Positions 58,517 to 64,000 of a stretch of 64,000 nucleotides of DNA are shown piece by piece. Below the pieces are notes generated by a model. That model was not told where the DNA came from and did no database searches. It was given only the letters and a program-made list of their open reading frames with translations. Each line of letters begins with the position of its first letter. Within the stretch, counting starts at the first letter, position 1. The translations under genes and the position numbers were made by a program. Origin of the DNA: a virus (Duplodnaviria > Caudoviricetes); IMG/VR virus record IMGVR_UViG_3300031963_009887, positions 24,080 to 88,079 of that record. One strand, written 5' to 3'.

Positions 58517-59254
58517 TTATTCTATCACTAATGGTTTACGGTATTGACTAACACCAATTTCTTCAATTTCAATATCTTCCATTCCGATGAAGTCACTATC
58601 ACCATAATCTGCCCAACCAGCGTCGGGGTCATAGTTCCAAAGATTATCAATAATTCCTGATTGCATTTTGGTCATCATATCTAAATCTAATGCTGGAACA
58701 TTTAAAGTCCAATTTTGATATTTTCTTTCATCACTTATTTCAGTGGCTTTTAATTCAAAAAGTTTGAATCTATTAATTTTTGTTGAAGACGATACCTCAG
58801 TATCATAATTTTCAATTGCACAATAAACATATTGTATTAACGCAAAACTGTCGTATTGTGATTTTAACTGTGAGTTTAAAATTTTTAAATAACCTTTTAA
58901 TATATCATCACCACTATTTAAATTACCATTTTCATAAGATTCAATTATTTCGTGTAACGAATTTTCTTCATAAGAACCTTTAAGTTCCTCAACTAAAAAA
59001 ACTTCTTTTTCTGTTAAAGTTGGTGTAATACTTACCCCATTACTTTCAACCAAATTTAACAATGATATTGGTTTTGGTTTGTTTTCAGTTTTAACAACTC
59101 TGAATGTGTCTGATTCAGTGATTGTATCATATTTTTTTGTAAACATATCACCCACAACCCAATGATTATCTTTCTTGGAAATTAACTTAAACACACGAGA
59201 ACCCTTTGACTCTGAAAAGACAACATCATTCTTTTTAAGATTGCTAAAACTCAT
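58517..59254 (-). CDS. Hypothetical protein, paralogue of 57796-58512
   Basis: Same shared motifs; ATG 59254 with TATTTAT 5 nt upstream. Confidence 0.8.
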   Translation of the reverse strand: MSFSNLKKNDVVFSESKGSRVFKLISKKDNHWVVGDMFTKKYDTITESDTFRVVKTENKPKPISLLNLVESNGVSITPTLTEKEVFLVEELKGSYEENSLHEIIESYENGNLNSGDDILKGYLKILNSQLKSQYDSFALIQYVYCAIENYDTEVSSSTKINRFKLFELKATEISDERKYQNWTLNVPALDLDMMTKMQSGIIDNLWNYDPDAGWADYGDSDFIGMEDIEIEEIGVSQYRKPLVIE

Positions 59255-59266
59255 ATTCAATAAATA

Positions 59267-59298
59267 TTTGATTATGTAAAAAGTTTGTTATATCTTTG
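59267..59298 (+). promoter_or_regulatory. Bacteroidota-type promoter TTTG-N20-TATCTTTG, back-to-back with a minus-strand TATTTAT
   Basis: ATG 59303 lies 4 nt downstream. Confidence 0.75.
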
Positions 59299-59302
59299 TA
59301 TT

Positions 59303-59575
59303 ATGAGAGATTATACTATTGATGATATTATGAAATTGAAGATTGAACATCCTTTAGGTGGATATCAATCAAGACTTAATCTTGGTGAGTATGAGGTATC
59401 TGTTGTTGGTGGTAGAGAAAGAGCTTATGGTGATTTTGTTAATACCTTTGAACTTGCTATTTTTGATAAAGATAATAATTTTGTTACCAAAAAATTGGTA
59501 GCATCTGCAGAACATGACGTAGTTGGTTGGTTAGATAAAGAGGAATTGATGGATATCATCAATCAAATTCCTTAA
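59303..59575 (+). CDS. Hypothetical protein
   Basis: 90-aa ORF from ATG 59303. Confidence 0.7.
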   Translation: MRDYTIDDIMKLKIEHPLGGYQSRLNLGEYEVSVVGGRERAYGDFVNTFELAIFDKDNNFVTKKLVASAEHDVVGWLDKEELMDIINQIP

Positions 59576-59675
59576 AGTTTCTTATTTCTTTAAAAAGTAA
59601 GTGGTGGAGTGATTGGCTGATATTCGGTCAGTCCCAAAAAGAAAGGTGGACAATGTCTACCTTTTTTTTATTATT

Positions 59676-60095
59676 ATGAATATGAGTAATATTGATATTG
59701 TTTTGGATTATATAAAAACATTTTATCAGGTAACAGTTATTAAAGGGGAACCAAACATGATTATGTTTCATGATTGCATTGAAATTAAAAATACAGCTCA
59801 GGTTCATTTTGTTGGAAAGGCGTTTGGTTTTGAAATATACTTGGTGTGGGATAAAGCTCAGATATATACTAATATTGACATTTATAAAAAAGAAAGTGCT
59901 GAGGTAGTTGCGGAGTTTGCTCGTAAGATTAAAAATGTTCAAACGCACTCATTTTTAAAATATTTATCAGAAAGTTTAAATAAGTTTGATAAGAAAGTTC
60001 AATTACTTTTAAGAGATGTCCCTGAAGAATTTCCTGGTCTATATGATGACTATGAAATTATGGATGCTCCAATTTATTCAGAATCAATGTCATAG
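59676..60095 (+). CDS. Hypothetical protein
   Basis: ORF track, ATG start chosen. Confidence 0.6.
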   Translation: MNMSNIDIVLDYIKTFYQVTVIKGEPNMIMFHDCIEIKNTAQVHFVGKAFGFEIYLVWDKAQIYTNIDIYKKESAEVVAEFARKIKNVQTHSFLKYLSESLNKFDKKVQLLLRDVPEEFPGLYDDYEIMDAPIYSESMS

Positions 60096-60691
60096 TAGAA
60101 ACTGTCAGTATCTTCAGTAATCCATTTATCGGCAACATTTTCACTTGATAATAGTACACTGTCAACTTTAAATTGTTTTAAATTTTCAGGTAAACTTTTA
60201 GTAACCCAATTTGAATCTTTCCAAAATATTCTGTTATTTGGCATACAAACTAAATAACCATCATCAGATTTTAATACATGACCACACTTATAATCCGTTG
60301 GTTCATTACTATATGGGTTGTCAAACCAATCAACAGTAAACATGTATTCACACCAAATTTTTTTACCATCTCGGAGTACCACTTGACATCTGTGGTATTT
60401 TAAAAAATCATAAGTAATTATTGTTACATTTTCAGAAAAACAATCCCATAATTGTTTATAATAATACGGTATGTCATTAATAACTTCCTCAAAATATATT
60501 TCAGATATTGGTACACGACTTCTTAACATTCCGTGGTCAGTCATTATATGAAATGTTAATATTTTACCTGTAATTGATTGAATACCAAAACAATACACAT
60601 CATAAAATTCGGTATCATCTAAATTTTTAGTAAAATATGATTTTTTAACTTTGGCTTTAAAACTTGGTATATTTTCATTTAATTTATTCAT
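60074..60691 (-). CDS. Conserved-looking phage hypothetical protein (LNENIP..GIQSITGK..FH..QLWDCFS..PNNRI)
   Basis: 205-aa ORF; motif pattern typical of a widespread phage family of unknown function. Confidence 0.7.
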   Translation of the reverse strand: MNKLNENIPSFKAKVKKSYFTKNLDDTEFYDVYCFGIQSITGKILTFHIMTDHGMLRSRVPISEIYFEEVINDIPYYYKQLWDCFSENVTIITYDFLKYHRCQVVLRDGKKIWCEYMFTVDWFDNPYSNEPTDYKCGHVLKSDDGYLVCMPNNRIFWKDSNWVTKSLPENLKQFKVDSVLLSSENVADKWITEDTDSFYYDIDSE

Positions 60692-60701
60692 GATAAAATA
60701 A

Positions 60702-61259
60702 TTATAATAATTCTTTAATTTTTCTATCAACAATTTCCTTTATCATAAAAAGTTTTTTTAATCTTTCTTCTTTTGATTCTTTAACATTTTCATTAATTGA
60801 TGAATCCTCAATTTCCCACTCGTGCATTTCATAGTTACCCTCGGCTTCATCAACTAATTTACCATCATTAGGATAAAAACTACCATTTTCGTATTTCCAA
60901 TATATTGATTTAAGTGAATATATATTTTCATTGTATTCGTAATATTCAAAACCTGATTTACTGTACATACATTTGGTGGTAATATCATAATTTTTCTTAA
61001 CAGGAATTACCATATTTTCGGCAGTTAAGTTATCCTTTAATATTAAATCATAATTGTTACTATAAACGTGGAATAAAAAATCAATATCATATTCATCCAA
61101 ATTAAAAATTTTTTTAGTTGTTTTAATTCGGTTGGAAAATTCATAAATTCCCCAATAATTTGATTCATTAATATATTTGGCAAATACACCAGTATCACAA
61201 TCATCTTCATTTACAATAAAGTCAATAATTTGTAAAATTTGCTCTTTAGATAAATCCAT
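60702..61259 (-). CDS. Acidic hypothetical protein
   Basis: TATTTAT 4 nt upstream. Confidence 0.75.
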   Translation of the reverse strand: MDLSKEQILQIIDFIVNEDDCDTGVFAKYINESNYWGIYEFSNRIKTTKKIFNLDEYDIDFLFHVYSNNYDLILKDNLTAENMVIPVKKNYDITTKCMYSKSGFEYYEYNENIYSLKSIYWKYENGSFYPNDGKLVDEAEGNYEMHEWEIEDSSINENVKESKEERLKKLFMIKEIVDRKIKELL

Positions 61260-61280
61260 ATTGATAAATACTTATAATAT

Positions 61281-62090
61281 ATGAAATTTCCTGTAATTGA
61301 TTTTATTGATATAATAGTAGATGATTTAAAAAATAACAATACAAAAATTGAAACATTATCTCATGTGGTTGGTATATTAAATCATCAAAGATTTTTTAAA
61401 TCTTCAATTTTACCTGAAATATCCGTTGAAGAATATGCACAAATTATTTTTGGTGTATTTTTTAAAGTTAAACACGGGTATTCAAATGAAAAATTAGAAA
61501 AAATGTTTAAAAGTATAACATTGTTTATTTATTGTTCTACAAATTATACGGACAACAAAGTAGATACATGTGATGAATGTCACGGTAGTGGTTCACAAAC
61601 TTGTGAGGTTTGTGATAGAAGTGGTGTCGTTGAATGTTCAGAATGTAACGGAACAGGTTCTGTCACTGATGATGAAGGTGATACTGAAGATTGTTATGAT
61701 TGTAATGGTAACGGTAATAATCCTTGTTATAATTGTGAAGGAGAAGGTGAGGTTTATTGTAATAATTGTGATGGTGATGGTGAAGTTCAGGGTGATGAGT
61801 TTTTTGATTACAGTCTTTACTTGGCGGCAGGATTAATGGATAAAAGTGAATATAAAACTTTATACACATATAAATCATACGATGACTCTGATATTCTTGA
61901 AATTATTAACGATTTAAGGTACAGTATTGATTTATATGAATATTCAGGAACTTTAGAAGAGGGTGACTCATTATTTAATACTAACGAAGTAGTGTCCTCA
62001 AGTAATTATTTTTTTGGTTTATTAGATAATAATAAAAAAAATGACAAATATTCTAATTTTAGAATAGGTACTATTGAAGAGTACGTGTAA
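61281..62090 (+). CDS. Protein with a DnaJ-type zinc-finger repeat (CxxCxGxG x6) and no J domain
   Basis: CDECHGSG, CEVCDRSG, CSECNGTG, CYDCNGNG, CYNCEGEG, CNNCDGDG. Confidence 0.8.
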   Translation: MKFPVIDFIDIIVDDLKNNNTKIETLSHVVGILNHQRFFKSSILPEISVEEYAQIIFGVFFKVKHGYSNEKLEKMFKSITLFIYCSTNYTDNKVDTCDECHGSGSQTCEVCDRSGVVECSECNGTGSVTDDEGDTEDCYDCNGNGNNPCYNCEGEGEVYCNNCDGDGEVQGDEFFDYSLYLAAGLMDKSEYKTLYTYKSYDDSDILEIINDLRYSIDLYEYSGTLEEGDSLFNTNEVVSSSNYFFGLLDNNKKNDKYSNFRIGTIEEYV

Positions 62091-62111
62091 TTTTAGTATT
62101 TTTAATATTAC

Positions 62112-62468
62112 ATGGAGGAAAACAAACACGCTCTATTACCTTATGGTGATAATATTGGAGCGCCAGCAATCAAACTTGAGGACATTCAAGGTTGGAAAAC
62201 ACACACAGTAGTTAAGGCAAATCATGAGTTTGACGCTAAGTACGAGGAAATCAAACGTGAGTATTTAAAATTACTTGACGAATATGAATGGACCCACAAA
62301 GTTTATAAAGCGGCATTCAATTTTGAACCAATAATTGGTGAAACTTATCATTTATATCAAAGGGAAGATGGTACTGATTTTTTATCTTTGATTGAACCAA
62401 ATAGTTGGAAACAGGTTCATATGGGTAGTTTCAGATTTGAAACTTCAAGGAAATGGATTAAACTTTAA
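62112..62468 (+). CDS. DUF2452-like protein
   Basis: FNFEPIIGETYHLYQR..FLSLIEP.SW. Confidence 0.65.
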   Translation: MEENKHALLPYGDNIGAPAIKLEDIQGWKTHTVVKANHEFDAKYEEIKREYLKLLDEYEWTHKVYKAAFNFEPIIGETYHLYQREDGTDFLSLIEPNSWKQVHMGSFRFETSRKWIKL

Positions 62469-62854
62469 TCATAGTAATCTTCGTCACCCCAAGCCATAAC
62501 AACACCCATAACAGTACTAGGTAATCCAAAAAATTCAAAAACATTTTCTTGTATATCATATAGTGTTTTAGTGAAATTAATATCTTTATATTCACTATCC
62601 ATAAAAGTTCTAATATCAGGTAGACGAATATATGTATTAGCACGTGATATTATAAATCCTGAAAGTCTTTCCCAACTTTCAGCGTCTTCATCAAGTCTAT
62701 CCCAATAATTATTAAACTCAATTTTTTCAACTTTTAAAAAAGAAAATTGATTTTCCATTTCTTCTTTAACCGTTTCAAATAGCAATCTTTCAATTTCTAA
62801 TTTGTCAGAATTGGTTAACTTTAAATAATCTTGAACAGGTATAATTTTACTCAT
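62465..62854 (-). CDS. Hypothetical protein
   Basis: TATTTAT 5 nt upstream. Confidence 0.7.
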   Translation of the reverse strand: MSKIIPVQDYLKLTNSDKLEIERLLFETVKEEMENQFSFLKVEKIEFNNYWDRLDEDAESWERLSGFIISRANTYIRLPDIRTFMDSEYKDINFTKTLYDIQENVFEFFGLPSTVMGVVMAWGDEDYYD

Positions 62855-62987
62855 TATTGATAAATATATTAATTTTGTTTATTATTGTCTAAGATATGAT
62901 GGATATAATTTTTATTATAGGTTTAACAAGTTTTATGTTTTACTTCTTTGATAAGGAAATGAAAAGGAAGAGTTGATATTTATAAGT

Positions 62988-63278
62988 ATGATTAGTGAAT
63001 CGGACAAAAATGAAATTCTATTAAAATATAGTGGAAACACTAGTGACGAGGTATTCAATTATTTGAGAAGACATTACCCAAAAAAAGTTACAAATTCGGT
63101 ACACTTAAATGTTGAATATATAATAATTGATGATAGGATAGTTCGTTTAGGTTCAAAAAAAGAATTGGTTAGTAGATTGTTTAACGAACTTGAATCACTT
63201 GACAAATTTCAAAACATTGATACTTCGGTTATTAGAAGAACAATCAAAATGTATTTGGATTTTTTGATGTTAAAATAA
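62988..63278 (+). CDS. Hypothetical protein (MISESDK...)
   Basis: TATTTAT 62977-62983, 4 nt before ATG. Confidence 0.7.
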   Translation: MISESDKNEILLKYSGNTSDEVFNYLRRHYPKKVTNSVHLNVEYIIIDDRIVRLGSKKELVSRLFNELESLDKFQNIDTSVIRRTIKMYLDFLMLK

Positions 63279-63314
63279 TTTGATTTCTGTTTTTTAAATG
63301 CGTATCTTTGCTTC

Positions 63315-63620
63315 ATGGTACGTAAAATCAAAAATTTAAGAGAGACCCTTGCTATTATATTCTTAATACTTTGGGCAATCATGATGGTCTTTGTGGTAAT
63401 AAATTTATCAGGATGTAGTAACCCACAAACAAAATTTGAAAAACATGTCACAACAACAACTGTTGATTCGGTATGGTTTAAAAAATCAGGTGAAATCAAC
63501 ACACTCCAATTTGACCCTGTCTATTATGCCAAAACAAAAGACAGTGGTGTAATTTCAGGTAGAACAGAATTTCATGTTGGCGACACAATCAAAAGAATTA
63601 GATATAAACACATAAAATAA
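63315..63620 (+). CDS. Putative lipoprotein
   Basis: Hydrophobic signal followed by lipobox LSGC; promoter TTTG-N20-TATCTTTG (63279-63310) 4 nt before ATG. Confidence 0.6.
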   Translation: MVRKIKNLRETLAIIFLILWAIMMVFVVINLSGCSNPQTKFEKHVTTTTVDSVWFKKSGEINTLQFDPVYYAKTKDSGVISGRTEFHVGDTIKRIRYKHIK

Positions 63621-63621
63621 T

Positions 63622-64000
63622 ATGGAAAGAAAGTTAGCAACAATTAGACAGATTACAAACATTCGTCCTATAGATGGGGCAGATATGATTGAACTTGCAA
63701 CCGTAGGTGGTTGGAATGTTGTTGTAGGAAAAGATGTTGGTCACAAGGTGGGTGACATGGTAGTTTATTGTGAGATTGATTCATTCTTACCAATTAAAGA
63801 TGAGTTTGAATTTTTACGTAAATCTTCATTTAAGAAAATGGGTGACCAAGAAGGGTTCCGTCTTAAAACAATCAAACTTCGTGGACAAGTATCTCAAGGA
63901 CTTATCCTACCTATTGGTGTTGTCCCAATTACACAATTTGCAACTGCAAACACTTTACCTGAAGGTATGGATGTTACTGAAATGCTTGGAATTGTAAAAT
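63622..64000 (+). CDS. RNA ligase of the DRB0094 family (3'-partial; not in the ORF track)
   Basis: MERKLATIRQITNIRPIDGADMIELATVGGWNVVV..VVYCEIDSFLP..RLKTIKLRGQVSQGLILP. Confidence 0.85.
   Translation, partial: MERKLATIRQITNIRPIDGADMIELATVGGWNVVVGKDVGHKVGDMVVYCEIDSFLPIKDEFEFLRKSSFKKMGDQEGFRLKTIKLRGQVSQGLILPIGVVPITQFATANTLPEGMDVTEMLGIVK

Noticed and set aside
63770-63997. 75-aa plus-strand ORF in the track
   Set aside because: Out-of-frame overlap with the RNA ligase gene starting at 63622
1-64000. Stop-codon reassignment, as seen in some large phages
   Set aside because: Long genes are intact in the standard code, and TAA, TAG and TGA all terminate genes at sensible positions
1-64000. Eukaryotic giant-virus or cellular origin suggested by GSII, LRR, GT60 and mucin-like genes
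   Set aside because: Bacterial sigma70, Bacteroidota promoters, intrinsic terminators, overlapping operons and a phage-type primase/SbcCD/RuvC block indicate a bacteriophage

Overview
This is a densely coding, AT-rich 64 kb segment of a large tailed dsDNA bacteriophage genome, read in the standard genetic code with no sign of stop-codon recoding. The host is most likely a Bacteroidota member, inferred from repeated TTTG-N19/20-TAnnTTTG promoters, a short Bacteroidota-type RpoD, and SprB-repeat, Hc1 and DUF2452-like genes. Layout: LamG fibre genes (1-3.5 kb); seven glycosyltransferase-like genes directly upstream of a Cys-rich, Thr/Pro-stalked (mucin-like) protein and other probable virion genes (3.8-18 kb); a replication/recombination block (RuvC-like, primase, PD-(D/E)xK, SbcD/SbcC; 18.8-25.9 kb); a sigma70; a probable lysis/membrane block; DnaJ, a LAGLIDADG homing endonuclease, three DNA methyltransferases, thioredoxin/glutaredoxin, type II glutamine synthetase, guanylate kinase, DHH, NUDIX and RNA-repair genes; and many hypotheticals. 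Two ORF-free intervals carry their own promoter and terminator and look like structured RNAs: about 185 nt at 18.0-18.2 kb and about 950 nt at 56.5-57.5 kb (GOLLD-like or a new large ornate RNA). A second motif, TATTTAT, precedes about 20 genes on both strands, and many of these encode proteins with a shared short leader ending (I/L)(I/L/V)xE. Best candidates for new biology: the giant RNA, the glycosylation-plus-mucin module, the putative head-cargo addressing/cleavage code, the small RNA, and a catalytically degenerate MetK homologue. All family calls come from motif recognition by eye; no database search was run.
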